64,000 bases of DNA, taken from contig CBDBKM010000002.1 of NCBI GenBank assembly GCA_965206695.1, forward strand, positions 160,001 through 224,000, in the 5' to 3' direction. The stretch comes from Chlamydiales bacterium. GTDB taxonomy: Bacteria; Chlamydiota; Chlamydiia; Chlamydiales; JAAZZY01. A program made the position numbers and the translations under genes. Below are positions 1 to 11,123 of the stretch, one piece after another. The notes below the pieces were generated by a model that saw nothing but the letters and a program-made list of their open reading frames with translations, did no database searches and was not told where the DNA came from. How positions within the stretch are numbered: position 1 is the stretch's first letter; each line of letters opens with the position of its first letter.

Positions 1-873
1 CAAGTTAAATATTTTTATAAACTTCAAGCGCTGGTTAAAGACGGATCATTTTTTAAACAATATAAGCATGATTTTTTTGGTCGCAAACTCCATGTCACTA
101 TTAAAGGTAATGATACTTACGAAGCGACCCTTTTCTTTTCGACATTTATGAACCCATTAACTGTAGCTCTTTATAAAGACTATCATGAAGAGATAGTACG
201 CAACCCGCCTCCCTTTATGTGTTCATATGAATTGAAGGATAATCGAGAAATCTGTCTATGCTTAAAGCCAATTGAATCGGAAAAGTATTCGTCTGTAAGT
301 CTTGGTGATTATTATTTAGACAAACAATTAAGTGAGTACGAAATTGAATGGTTATTAGCCTCTCTGCTAAGAGTTTATCCCATTTACATACACTTTTAAA
401 TGAACAAGGTAAGCCTCTTTATCATGGTTTTTTACTTCCTAGGTCGATTTTTTTAATTTTTGATTCTTCTCATCAACTGCAAAATATATCCATAAGAGAT
501 CATGGATTCTCTTATGCTATAGGCCATGATCGAATATTCAAACATTATGATGATATCCAAAAGGGTAAAAAAGTTCTAGAACCCTATTATCAACATTCTC
601 TTAATTCAACAATGGGACATGTTGCCTCCGGAACAAAAGGATCCTTCAAAATTTTCTGAGATAGGCCCTCAGAGCGATTATTATATGTTTGCCCGTTTAG
701 CAGGATGGCTATTTTCTAAAGGAAAAAATCTTTCTCAAGAAACACTCGATTTCGCTTTGATCCCTTCTAAACTTGAAAGTTTTATCTCCCTTTGTCTTAA
801 AAAGGATTCTCAAGCTCGTCCTTCTAGCTTTGTGGCGTTTATGGATTTTCTGGATAATCCGGAGGGCAGTTAA
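1..873 (+). pseudogene. Ser/Thr kinase-like (pseudokinase) gene, open at the window edge, split by two frameshifts
   Basis: Frame 1 is open from base 1 to 399, then overlapping ORFs 348-659 and 619-873. Joined, they give degenerate kinase subdomains: YHGFLLPRSIF (HRDLKPEN-like), DHG (DFG-like), TMGHVA/PEQ, IGPQSDYY, CL..D.QARP. Confidence 0.6.
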
Positions 874-911
874 GTAATTGTTTATCTAATACCGAACATA
901 TTGATGAAGAT

Positions 912-1265
912 GTGAATGACAACGATATGTTAGATTTTAACCATTTGCATGACTCGTTTCAGATCATAAAATCAATAAACGAAGTATCAAGTGAGAAGTT
1001 TACAAAGGAACAAGCTCGACAAATTCGTAAGGAGTTAGCGGTAGGTCAACAAGCCTTAAAAGAAGGGAAATGGATATTAGCTAAAGAAGCTTTTTTCGAA
1101 GTTATAACTATAGATGCATGTAACGCTATTGCTTTGTCGGGCATGGCTATTGCATATTATGAAGAAGGAAATAGAGAAGAGGCAGAAAACTATTACCGAC
1201 AAGCCAAAAAGATCGATCCCTATCAAGCAAAATATTTTCGTTCCCATGTGGCATTTCGTGTTTAG
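912..1265 (+). CDS. TPR-repeat protein
   Basis: Tandem TPR-like helices (A..AF..V..ID..NA.AL.GMA.AYY..G....A..YY..A..IDP). Confidence 0.7.
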   Translation: MNDNDMLDFNHLHDSFQIIKSINEVSSEKFTKEQARQIRKELAVGQQALKEGKWILAKEAFFEVITIDACNAIALSGMAIAYYEEGNREEAENYYRQAKKIDPYQAKYFRSHVAFRV

Positions 1266-1424
1266 AATTATTCCGGGTGCTTTTTTTCTTATTATTTTTT
1301 CTAGTTGCTATCATTATCAGATCACGGATTCTTATAAACAAACCTATAGTCATTTAGATCTAGTAGATCCGGACACGGATCTTATTGAAAGCGACTATAC
1401 TCATCACGAATAAACCTCCGGATA

Positions 1425-2491
1425 TTTTGTATTCGTATAGTGTAAATTATTTTGTATGAATTCATTTTTAACACTATCAGAAGAAAAGCATCTCAGACAG
1501 CAACATAAACGAGAAAAGAATGGTCGTATACGAGATCGTATCAAGGCTGTTCTATTGTCGAATAAAGGTTGGAGTAATACTCGTATTGCTGAAGCTGTGC
1601 TTTTAGACGATGAAACAGTGTCTCGTCACATTAAAGAATATCAAAATAAACAGCAATTGCATGTAGAAAGCGGTGGTTCAGTCAGTAAACTTCTTGCGCC
1701 ACAGTCAGAAGAATTCATTAAACATTTAACAACTCATACCTATGTCAAAGTAGAAGATATCTGTTCTTATGTTCTCGCGAAATATGGCATTGTTTATACG
1801 ATTTCAGGGATGACTTCTTGGCTACACTCACATGGTTTTTCCTATAAAAAGCCTAAAGGTACACCGGCTAAGGCAAATTCTGATCAACAAAAAGCTTGGA
1901 TGCAATTTTACGCCAAGCTTATGGCATCTCTGCCTAAAAATGAGCCTGTTGAATTTGCTGATGGTGTACATCCAACTATGGCAACTAAAATTTCTTATGG
2001 TTGGATTCGACCGGGAACAGATAAATTGATTGCAACAACAGCTTCTCGTACTCGAATGAATCTTATGGGGTCTATCAATTTAAACAGTATGAAGGTAACA
2101 ATAGATGCTTATGAAACATTAAATAGCGGTACCATGGCAAAGCATTTTGCTTTGCTACGGTCAAAATACCCCTCAGCTCCAAATATCCATCTTATTTTAG
2201 ATCAAGGCCCTTATAATACAAGTATTCAGACCAAACAAGAAGCAGAAAAACAAGGTATTATTCTCTATTATTTACCTTCTTACAGTCCTAACCTCAATCC
2301 CATTGAACGATTATGGAAAGTGATGAATGAATATTGTCGCAATAATCGGTTTTTTAATTCTGCTAAAGAATTTCGGAGATCGATTACCGGATTTTTTGAA
2401 AATACTTGGCCTTCTATTGCTCAATCAATGAGGACACGAATCAATGATCATTTTCAAGTCTTAGAATCGGCACTTTGATTCATAAGGGGTA
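1425..2491 (+). mobile_element. IS630-family element, intact 340-aa transposase (1456-2478); left end appears truncated
   Basis: HTH, DGVHP, LILDQ and YLPSYSPNLNPIERLW motifs; inserted at a TA; right-end sequence has no clear inverted partner on the left. Confidence 0.9.
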
Positions 2492-2893
2492 TATCATCTT
2501 ACTTTTAGTTAGTGCAAGACATTTGGACTATACCGACACCAATTCATTAATTAGGAGCTATCTTAAACATCCCGGAGGCAATGGAAGAGGAGGGATGTCG
2601 GTCATGGCCCGGATACTTCTATGTGGAATACAAGATTCTTCGCCTATTACTATAGAAGGTAGTCATTCGAGTGAAATAGGATTCGATCAGCCAAAATATT
2701 TTGATGGTGTAATGAATTATGCTCAATTCGGTTATCCTAATCCAAATGTTTGGCAAATTAATCACCCTCGTAAAGAAGCTAATCCTATAAAATTTTTATG
2801 GGCCGAGTTAAATGATGATTTTTTTCAAAAAGAAAATGGAGGGCATGAACCCACATTTGCCATTCAGATCTCACTAGATAAAAACAAATTTGA

Positions 2894-4121
2894 CAGCAAT
2901 TTCCGTTAAATAATTTTTCGCAATGATGTATACTTTTTTTCATTATTTTTTTTAAAATGGAGAAAAAAATACGGCAGTGCATTCTATTGAGAAAACCCGG
3001 CGTTCGGCTAAAGAGATGTTGTTAAAGGTTCGTTCCGTATTTAATCAGATTCCCAATAAAGACCGAGATGCAAGAGGTTTAAAAGCAAAAATTACATTAT
3101 CTGATTGTTTGATGTCCGGTTTAGCCGTTTTTGGATTAAAGTTTCCTTCACTTCTACAATTCGATGAAGAACGTCAAGATGAGATCATTCAACATAATTT
3201 AAGCACTCTTTACAATATTACAAATATTCCTTCCGATACTTATATGAGAGAACGACTTGACCAAGTTGATTCTCGATGGATTAGACCTGCTTTTACTGCC
3301 GTATTCTCTCTTCTTCAAAAAGGAAAAGTTTTTGAAGATTACAAATTTTTGAATAAGTATCTTTTAATTGCGTGTGACGGAACGGGTATGTTTTCTTCAC
3401 CATCTGTTCATTGTGATAATTGTTGTGAAAAACATCATAGAGACGGTCGTATGACTTATTATCATCAGATGTTAGGTGCAGTAGTTATTCATCCCGACCG
3501 GAAAGAAGTTTTTCCTTTATGCCCCGAACCGATCTCTAAATTAGACGGTAGTACTAAAAACGATTTTCAAAAAGAACATTCCCGTTTGGAAGTCATTTTT
3601 ACGGAAGATGCATTGTCTGCAAAAGGCCCTTATCTGCAAAAAATTTTGGCAATAGGAGCTTACTTTATCGTAGGAGCTAAACCGCCGGGTAATCCCGGTT
3701 TATTCGCTTGGTAAAAGGAGCCCTCTTAAGAAAAAAACGATAACAACAGACAAGGAAGTCGTCGAACTTAGTTTTTATAACGGTGTTCCTCTCAATGATA
3801 AACATCATGATTTAGAAGTAAATTTTATTGATTGTATTATGGTCTCGTCTAAGATCTTTATTTTTAATTTTTTATATTGATTCATGGGTAGATTTGTTTA
3901 CATGTATAGCACATAAAAAAGGAGCGAAGTTAAAAGATCTATTCGATACTTCATAATGAGCCGAGTTCAAAAAAATGTCTTGATTCTAAAGGGTGTACTT
4001 TTTTTTTTATCGAGGGTGAGCCGAGATGATTTTATCGGTAGGATGTTTTTTATTCCAAAAATTATCGATCTTTATTTTTAGAAGTCATTTTATAAAAATA
4101 TCTTTTTAACGGGAGGATCTG
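2894..4121 (+). mobile_element. Decayed ISNCY/ISAs1-like element (transposase remnant 2977-3840)
   Basis: Ends CAGCAATTTCCGTTAA / TTAACGGGAGGATCTG; 9-bp target duplication CAAATTTGA at 2885-2893 and 4122-4130; DGTG and HC..C motifs; premature stop and internal deletions. Confidence 0.85.
3841..3950. mobile_element. Possible ~110-bp MITE inside the ISNCY remnant
   Basis: Imperfect inverted ends GGTCTCGTCTAAGATCTTTA and TAAAAGATCTATTCGATACT, at the point where transposase similarity stops. Confidence 0.35.
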
Positions 4122-4457
4122 CAAATTTGATGAAATTATCACTTTTATTGACCCAAAGAATTACGATTATCATATCTATGCTTTGACTCATCATCAATGT
4201 ACTTCCTTTGTTGTCCGGGGAGCACCGCTTGTGGGACTTCTTTTAGAAGATTTGATAACAATACAGATTTCAAGTGAAATGGTTTTTAAAGAAAAGACAC
4301 TTTTACTTTGGACGGACTCACGGTATAGCATTATGCATTTGCCTAGCCCTGATATATTAGAAAAAAGAGTTCAAACAAATAAAATCAATTGTATCAAAAG
4401 GCTTTAACCATATTCGAAATCTTCCAAATCACTTGGAACGTAAAAAGCTCTTTGATG

Positions 4458-5354
4458 TTATGTCAAGCACGGGCTATCCAGTGCAACACCCATAGCATGC
4501 ATACCGTTATCCACATAAAGTATTGAACCCGTTATGGCTGAGGCTAAAGGAGAAAGTAAGAAAAGAGATGCTTTACCTACTTCTTCTGCATATAATGCTT
4601 TTGTTAATGGAGCATTAGCTTCAGAATAACTAATCATTTTATCAATAAAACCAATCGCTCTAGCAGCTCTACTTCTAAGAGCTCCCGCAGAGATAGTATT
4701 GATGCGTACACCCCACTTTCTTCCTGCTTCATACGCAAGCGTTTTTGTATCACTTTCTAGAGCTGCTTTAGCACTACTCATACCGCCACCATATCCCGGG
4801 ACAGCTTTTTGTGAAGCCATATAAGTTAGGGAAAGGACAGATCCTTCCTTATTCATAATTGGCCCAAAATTCTGAAGCATACTAACAAAAGAATATGAAG
4901 AAGAGCTAAGAGCGGATAAGTAACCTTTTCTAGAAGTTTTTAAAAGAGGATTTTGTACTTCAGGAGCGTTAGCTAAAGAATGAACTAAAATATCAATAGT
5001 ACCATAGTCTTTCTCTATGAGTTTACTGGCTTCTTCTATAGTATATCCCTCTACCGCCTTATAGCGTTTATTTTCTTGAATATCATTTGGCACATCATTA
5101 ATTTTGTCGAAAGCTGCATCAAAAGGATATATTTTAGAAATTTCCAGTAGTGATCCATCCGGTAATTTACGCGATTCATCAAATTTTCCATTTTTAAAAC
5201 TTGTAGAGAAAATTTTATATACAGGAGGCCAGGTTCCGACTAATATCTCTGCTCCTGCTTCAGCTAGCGCTTTAGCGATTGCCCAACCAAAACCTTGGTC
5301 ATCTCCAATTCCAGCAATAAATGCTCTTTTTCCTGTTAAATCTATTTTTACCAT
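4458..5354 (-). CDS. fabI: Enoyl-ACP reductase (chlamydial/plant type)
   Basis: [28 protein letters not shown] motifs. Confidence 0.97.
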   Translation of the reverse strand: MVKIDLTGKRAFIAGIGDDQGFGWAIAKALAEAGAEILVGTWPPVYKIFSTSFKNGKFDESRKLPDGSLLEISKIYPFDAAFDKINDVPNDIQENKRYKAVEGYTIEEASKLIEKDYGTIDILVHSLANAPEVQNPLLKTSRKGYLSALSSSSYSFVSMLQNFGPIMNKEGSVLSLTYMASQKAVPGYGGGMSSAKAALESDTKTLAYEAGRKWGVRINTISAGALRSRAARAIGFIDKMISYSEANAPLTKALYAEEVGKASLFLLSPLASAITGSILYVDNGMHAMGVALDSPCLT

Positions 5355-5496
5355 TTTCTAGTCCTCAATCAGCTTTAAAGTTAATCATCATATCAAAATT
5401 ATAAAGATAATATCAATAGGTTAAAAGACACAATTTCAATTGCTTGTTATTAAGATAAACTAAATATAAGGCATGTAGATAGCCGTTTTTCACGAT

Positions 5497-5701
5497 TTAT
5501 AACCCGAAGAGCTCACAATTTTGCCGTGTCCTGCGAACCCGGTGCGCTAATGTACGTAATATAATCCCGAAAGCTTTTGCAACCTGCTTTCGGTCTCCGA
5601 CCTTATCCGGATATTTGAAAGCTTTTTTTCTTAAATCAAGTGAGTAAGTCATTCGTGCATGATACATTATCATCATAAAAAACAAAATTTAATTCACTAT
5701 A
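5497..5701 (-). mobile_element. IS630 left-end relic (N-terminal HTH fragment)
   Basis: MTYSLDLRKK start and end sequence AAAATTTAATTCACTATA shared with the IS630 at 59880-60803. Confidence 0.8.
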
Positions 5702-5838
5702 ATATAGGATAAAAAATTTACTAAATTAAAAACGATTGCGCATAAACTATTAGATTTAATAAAAGTATAGATTTAAATAACAATAGCCGGATAGGATATT
5801 TTGAATAATAGGGACCCGTAGAGAACCGGCTTTACTTA

Positions 5839-6912
5839 TTAAGAAGTTTTCTCCGGCACTAATAATGACTCAAGCTGAAGAATTTTTTCTTCTAGTTTTT
5901 TAATCCTATTAACATAGTTAGATAGGTTTCGCATATGAACCTGATTTATTTTGTAATGAGCTTCCGGAAAAGCAGGAACTCCTCCATACCTTCCCGGTTT
6001 TTTTAAATTTTTTGTTACCGCTCCACGGCCTGCTATAGTAATGCCATCCGAGATAGAGACATGACCTACAACACCGGATTGTCCTGCTAAAACGACATTT
6101 CGTCCTGTTTTAGAAGAACCTGCTATTCCGCATTGTGCCACAATCAAATTATCCTCTCCAAGGGTAACTCCATGCCCAATTTGAACTAAATTATCGATTT
6201 TAGTTCCTTTTTTGATTGTGGTCATTTTAAATCGAGCCCTATCAATAGTTGAATTGGCTCCAATTTCCACATCATCTTCAATTATAACACCACCGAGTTG
6301 TTCCAATTTTCTATGATGAAATCGGCTATCGGTAAAATAGCCAAAACCACAAGAGCCAATGACAACACCGGGTTGAAGAATGACACGATTGGCCAAAATA
6401 CAAGATTCTCGGATGGTCGCATTAGAATAAATAATACATTCCTTTCCAATGTGAACACCGGAACCTATGTAGACATGAGAGCCGATTACTGTTTTTTGAT
6501 CTATGTAGACATTTTGATCAATCACAGTATTTGGGCCAATCCGGACACCTTCTTCAATGTGTGCATTTTCATGAATAACAGCACTAGGGTGTATATTTTT
6601 GAATCCGGTCCGATGATTTGAAAGATTGAAAAACAATTCAACAACTTGCTGAAAGGAGCGAGATGGATGCTCACTGACTAAAAAGTTGCGGCCGGGCAGT
6701 AATTCAGATTTTTGATCTACTATTATGACGCCGGCTGAGGATTTCATCATCATTTTCTCATAGCATGGATTGGCTAAAAAAGAGAGGTCAGTAGGTGTTG
6801 CATCTTCTAAATTATCTACCCCATAAATATAATAATCAGCATCACCAATAACTGTTGTATTGGTGATCTGTGCCAGCTCTTTAAGTGTAAATTGTTTTGG
6901 AGTAGATGCCAT
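5839..6912 (-). CDS. lpxD: UDP-3-O-acylglucosamine N-acyltransferase
   Basis: Hexapeptide repeats, GFGY, IDNLVQIGH; follows skp. Confidence 0.97.
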   Translation of the reverse strand: MASTPKQFTLKELAQITNTTVIGDADYYIYGVDNLEDATPTDLSFLANPCYEKMMMKSSAGVIIVDQKSELLPGRNFLVSEHPSRSFQQVVELFFNLSNHRTGFKNIHPSAVIHENAHIEEGVRIGPNTVIDQNVYIDQKTVIGSHVYIGSGVHIGKECIIYSNATIRESCILANRVILQPGVVIGSCGFGYFTDSRFHHRKLEQLGGVIIEDDVEIGANSTIDRARFKMTTIKKGTKIDNLVQIGHGVTLGEDNLIVAQCGIAGSSKTGRNVVLAGQSGVVGHVSISDGITIAGRGAVTKNLKKPGRYGGVPAFPEAHYKINQVHMRNLSNYVNRIKKLEEKILQLESLLVPEKTS

Positions 6913-6913
6913 G

Positions 6914-7501
6914 TTACGATTCTCCCTGCATCCCTATTGCTTGAGATTCAAAATCAAAATTTAGATCCATTTCTTCTATCACATATTCTGTGATGTCTGA
7001 AGTATTTTTGAAAAAGAAACAAACTTCTTCATTAACAACAAAGGAAATATTCTTTTTCTTGGCGACACCTTCAGCAGCTCTTGAAACAGCCCCTTGCATC
7101 GTTTGCAAGACTTTAAAGTGAGCTTGTTGATAAGCTTGATAAAATTGATTTTGAGATCGCGCTAGTTGTTCAGATAACATACGATATCTGTGCTTTAATT
7201 CTTCTTCTGAATCTTGTGACATACTATCCATGTATTCTGAATCTTTTAATTGCGAACCGATTTGATTAAGTTCATTCTCGTTTTTTTCAAGAGTAGAAAC
7301 CATTTCATGACGCATCGATTCTAGTTTTTGTTGTTGATCTCGGCCTAATTCAGAACCTTCGATACAAAGCTTGAAGTTGACAATAGCAATTTCTTCATTA
7401 GTAGATTTGTGATCTTTTTCTCTTGCTTGAAGCTGAAAAGAAGTTGCCACTAACAGTCCTAATACCGAAAGTAGTAACCATGTTTTTCGTGTTTTCATCA
7501 C
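6914..7501 (-). CDS. skp: OmpH/Skp periplasmic chaperone
   Basis: Signal peptide, IAIVNF motif, coiled coil; lies between bamA and lpxD. Confidence 0.92.
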   Translation of the reverse strand: MMKTRKTWLLLSVLGLLVATSFQLQAREKDHKSTNEEIAIVNFKLCIEGSELGRDQQQKLESMRHEMVSTLEKNENELNQIGSQLKDSEYMDSMSQDSEEELKHRYRMLSEQLARSQNQFYQAYQQAHFKVLQTMQGAVSRAAEGVAKKKNISFVVNEEVCFFFKNTSDITEYVIEEMDLNFDFESQAIGMQGES

Positions 7502-7827
7502 TCTGCTCCTTAGTTTGTTATATATAGGTTAAAATTTTTTGCATTCTTTGCTTGATCTTTTCATTTCAGCAGTTCTATTTAATATTAAGTTCTTGGTCAT
7601 AGGTTTATAGTTGAACAAATCTATTTCAATAGAAACTAACATTTTATATAGAGATACTTTTTATAAAAACAACAATTCCAATATTTTTCAGATCAAATCG
7701 AAATTATTTAGGGTATAGGAATATTTAATTTTAGAATATAAAAAATCGTCCAATTCAAAGGGGTAAATAATAAAAAATTTATTTTAAATTATTTATTGTC
7801 TAAACAAGGTCTTAATTTCAGAGGGTT

Positions 7828-10170
7828 TTAAAACTTTCCGCCCATTGAGAAGAAATTACGATGTATGTCATCATGAAATTCCGGATTAATCGGAAAACCC
7901 CAACCAAAGGTGATCGGCATGCCGCGAATGACTTCTACGCGAAAACCAAAACCGGCGGAGGCTCTATAAGTATTAACGTGGAATTGTTTTAACGAGTTAG
8001 AACCGGCATCAAAGAAAATAAAAGCATCTAAGCCGGGATTTGGCAATATATTATACATGATTTCTTGAGAAAGGACCATTGTTGAGATACCTCCTCTAGG
8101 ATTATCTTTATCATAGCGAGGACCAATACTAAAAGGCTCATATCCTCTAACGGTTGTTTCACCCCCAATGAATTCTCGTTCACCAACAGGTATGCCCTCA
8201 GCTCTAGTATTCCCTAAAGGTAAGATAAAATCAGCATCGGCGCGTGTTTTGGCAACGAATCGACTCAAAAGAGGTTGATAGTAGGCGTTATGATAAGAGA
8301 ATTTAAAGTAAGTATAATGTCCACCAAGACCGGCGAAATCGACTTGTAGGCTTGAGATAAACCCATCCGATGCTTTGTAGGGATTGTTAGTAGAATCATA
8401 TAGTAAGGCAACCCCGGTTGAGGATACAATGCCGTCGTTATTGGCTTCTTCTTGCATTCTTAATGGAGCTCCACCATTAACCTTCATCCATAAATTACGT
8501 AATCGATAGTGCCACTCAAAGCTTAGAAAACGGTTGATCGTATAAAAAGCATTAGCTGAAGTAGAGAACGTCTTGATGTCATAATCTCTTGCTTGCAATC
8601 GGCTGATATTATCATTGACGTTGAAGCCAATAGTCCAATTAGAGTCTAAAAAATAGGGTTTGGTCCAAGAAAATGCATAATCGGTTAATTCTTTACCAAC
8701 GCTCGCTTTCATTCTCAAGTATTCTCCTCCTCCACGAAGGCTTCGAATGCCATCTTGAAATACACGGGTAAAACCAAATGAATTAAAATTGCGTTCGGTA
8801 ATTTCTAAACCACCAAATAATTTAGTTTGGGTGCTATATCCAAAAGAGACTCCAAAATTCCCGGTATTGCTTTCTTCTACTTCAATGTTAACATCTTTTA
8901 AAGGAGCATCAAATGCATTTGTAGAAGTTGTCGAAGAGGCGTAGACGTTTGTGCATTTAAAATATCCGATATTTTCTAATCTTTTTTGTGTCGCTTCTAA
9001 TTTACGAGTATCAAAAGTTTCCCCGGGAACTAATAATGATTCATGCAAAATAACTTTGTTTCGGGTGTTATCATTACCTAGAATCTTAATCAATCCAACT
9101 CGATATGGATTTCCTTCATGAATAGTAAAATGAACATTATAAACGGGATCAGTAGGTTCAAGATGAGGCTGATAGGAAACAGAAGCATCTACGTAACCTC
9201 GTTTTCCAAAATAATCTGAAAGATCTTTTACAGATTCTTGTAATTCTTCCGGGGAGTAAGGTTGACCTTTTCGAGCTTGTATAAGATGTTGGACGGTTTC
9301 ATCATTTGCAAAATCATTTCCACTAAAAGAGATATCACCAAAAGTATATTTTTCACCTTGATCAGCTGCAATAATGATATTAATACGGTCTTTTTTTTCA
9401 GATCCATCAACCACTATTTCAATTTTAGCGTCAGCATAACCTTCATTTTGTAGAGAGTGTAACACCGTTAATTTATCAAATTCAAGAGCTTCTTCTCGAT
9501 AAATCCCTGTGCCCGTATACCAGCTTGTTAAAGGGAAAAAGGATTTGGTATGTAATCGTGATTTAAGAGCTTTTTTCTCCTGTTTAGAAAAGCCCTTAAA
9601 GACAATCTTACCGATTTTACCTGATCGACCTTCATTAATAATAAGTTCTATGGTTACTTCATTGAAAGTTTTATCCGGAATAATTTGATATTCGATTTCA
9701 GCTTCAAAAAATCCTCGTTTCACATAGTATTCTTTTAGTCGATGAAATGCTTGATTAAATTCCTGATGATTAAAAGTTGAGTGAGGAATGATATTAAATT
9801 CTTTTTCTAGTTTTCTCTGCTTAGTTTGGAAATTTCCCTTAAACACAATTTGTTTGATAATTGGACGAGGCTGTACTTGTATCGTGATAAATATCTCGTT
9901 ATTTTGAACCTGTATAGTAGGAGTAATATGATCAAATTCCATCGCTAGGGTTTTTAAATCATCATCAAATGCATTTAAAGAAAAGAGATCACCCGTCTTA
10001 GTTTTTAATCTGGATTGAATGTTCTTAACGTCTAATCGAGAGCCGGGAGGGAGGTTTTCGGGAACAACCTCAACCTTGGCAATACGCTTGTCTTCGTAAT
10101 TCTGCGTTTGTGCGATCACTAAATGCGAGCTAAAAAAACAGAGAAGAATAACTAAATAGATAAATTTCAT
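7828..10170 (-). CDS. bamA: Outer membrane assembly factor BamA
   Basis: POTRA domains, VRGY motif, C-terminal Phe. Confidence 0.97.
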   Translation of the reverse strand: MKFIYLVILLCFFSSHLVIAQTQNYEDKRIAKVEVVPENLPPGSRLDVKNIQSRLKTKTGDLFSLNAFDDDLKTLAMEFDHITPTIQVQNNEIFITIQVQPRPIIKQIVFKGNFQTKQRKLEKEFNIIPHSTFNHQEFNQAFHRLKEYYVKRGFFEAEIEYQIIPDKTFNEVTIELIINEGRSGKIGKIVFKGFSKQEKKALKSRLHTKSFFPLTSWYTGTGIYREEALEFDKLTVLHSLQNEGYADAKIEIVVDGSEKKDRINIIIAADQGEKYTFGDISFSGNDFANDETVQHLIQARKGQPYSPEELQESVKDLSDYFGKRGYVDASVSYQPHLEPTDPVYNVHFTIHEGNPYRVGLIKILGNDNTRNKVILHESLLVPGETFDTRKLEATQKRLENIGYFKCTNVYASSTTSTNAFDAPLKDVNIEVEESNTGNFGVSFGYSTQTKLFGGLEITERNFNSFGFTRVFQDGIRSLRGGGEYLRMKASVGKELTDYAFSWTKPYFLDSNWTIGFNVNDNISRLQARDYDIKTFSTSANAFYTINRFLSFEWHYRLRNLWMKVNGGAPLRMQEEANNDGIVSSTGVALLYDSTNNPYKASDGFISSLQVDFAGLGGHYTYFKFSYHNAYYQPLLSRFVAKTRADADFILPLGNTRAEGIPVGEREFIGGETTVRGYEPFSIGPRYDKDNPRGGISTMVLSQEIMYNILPNPGLDAFIFFDAGSNSLKQFHVNTYRASAGFGFRVEVIRGMPITFGWGFPINPEFHDDIHRNFFSMGGKF

Positions 10171-10238
10171 TGCTACAAGTCTATTTACAGATATAGAAAG
10201 GGCTGTATGCTAAGGGATAAATCTAATTTTTACAAGTT

Positions 10239-10835
10239 TTAAAAAGGGAGCCTTCCAATTAATGCTCTTGATAAGGTGCTGGTGTCCGTATATTCTAAGG
10301 CGCTGCCAACAGGTAGTCCAAAAGCTAAGCGTGAAATTTTAAGATCAAAAGATTTTAATTCTTGTTTTAGAAACAGAGTTGTTGCATCTCCTTCTACTGT
10401 AGAATCTAAAGCAAAAATGATTTCTTGTACGTTTTGAGAGCTGATTTTATCTTTAATAGCATCTATATTAAGAGTGTGCACATCTTTTCCGTCTAAAGGA
10501 GAAAAAAGAGTTCCGAGTACATAATACACACCTTGGAATGAGGCGGTATCTTCAATAGCAAAAACATCTTTTGTGGAGGCTGCAATACAGAGCACGTGTT
10601 GATTTCGATTTGGATTATTACAAAAAGAACAGGTATCCTTATTAATTAAACAACCACAATCATGACAAGTCAGGATCTTTTCTTTTATAGTTGATAGAAG
10701 ATTAGCAAAAGATTGTAGTGTAGTCGTGTCCCATTCTAAGAGGTAAAAAGCAAAACGTTCTGCGCTTTTTTGACCAACGCCCGGAAATTTTTTTAAGTAT
10801 TCGATTAATTTGACTAGCTGCAGTGGATAATGCAT
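10239..10835 (-). CDS. recR: Recombination mediator RecR
   Basis: PGVGQKSAER HhH, C4 zinc finger, Toprim. Confidence 0.97.
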   Translation of the reverse strand: MHYPLQLVKLIEYLKKFPGVGQKSAERFAFYLLEWDTTTLQSFANLLSTIKEKILTCHDCGCLINKDTCSFCNNPNRNQHVLCIAASTKDVFAIEDTASFQGVYYVLGTLFSPLDGKDVHTLNIDAIKDKISSQNVQEIIFALDSTVEGDATTLFLKQELKSFDLKISRLAFGLPVGSALEYTDTSTLSRALIGRLPF

Positions 10836-11123
10836 TATTTAGAATATATAGGCTGGTTTAAAACGGTTTGTATATTAGCAAAAAAATAAATTTTAATGAA
10901 TGAATTAAGCACTATTTAAACCATTATAAAAAATATTTTATAGCCAAATAAACTAAATGAGCTTTAAAATTAGGGGTTTGTGATTCTATTTTGAATAATG
11001 GGATTAAAGGGGGTTATTTAAATAGTCTGTTGATACCCTTTAAAAAACTACACAAGCAAATATAATTTGTGTATTCTAAACAGCTGTAAAATTGAAATAA
11101 TTTTTTTTGGGAAAAGATCGTCT

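Larger units (their letters stand above)
1240..4407 (+). pseudogene. Hypothetical (lipo)protein gene cut into three pieces by IS630 and ISNCY insertions
   Basis: Lipobox-like FFLIIFSSC near 1300. The frame rejoins across the IS630 TA site (SGY/IILLLVSARHLDY) and across the ISNCY 9-bp duplication (NKFD/EIITFIDPKNY). Internal stop at 1411. Start coordinate approximate. Confidence 0.6.
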
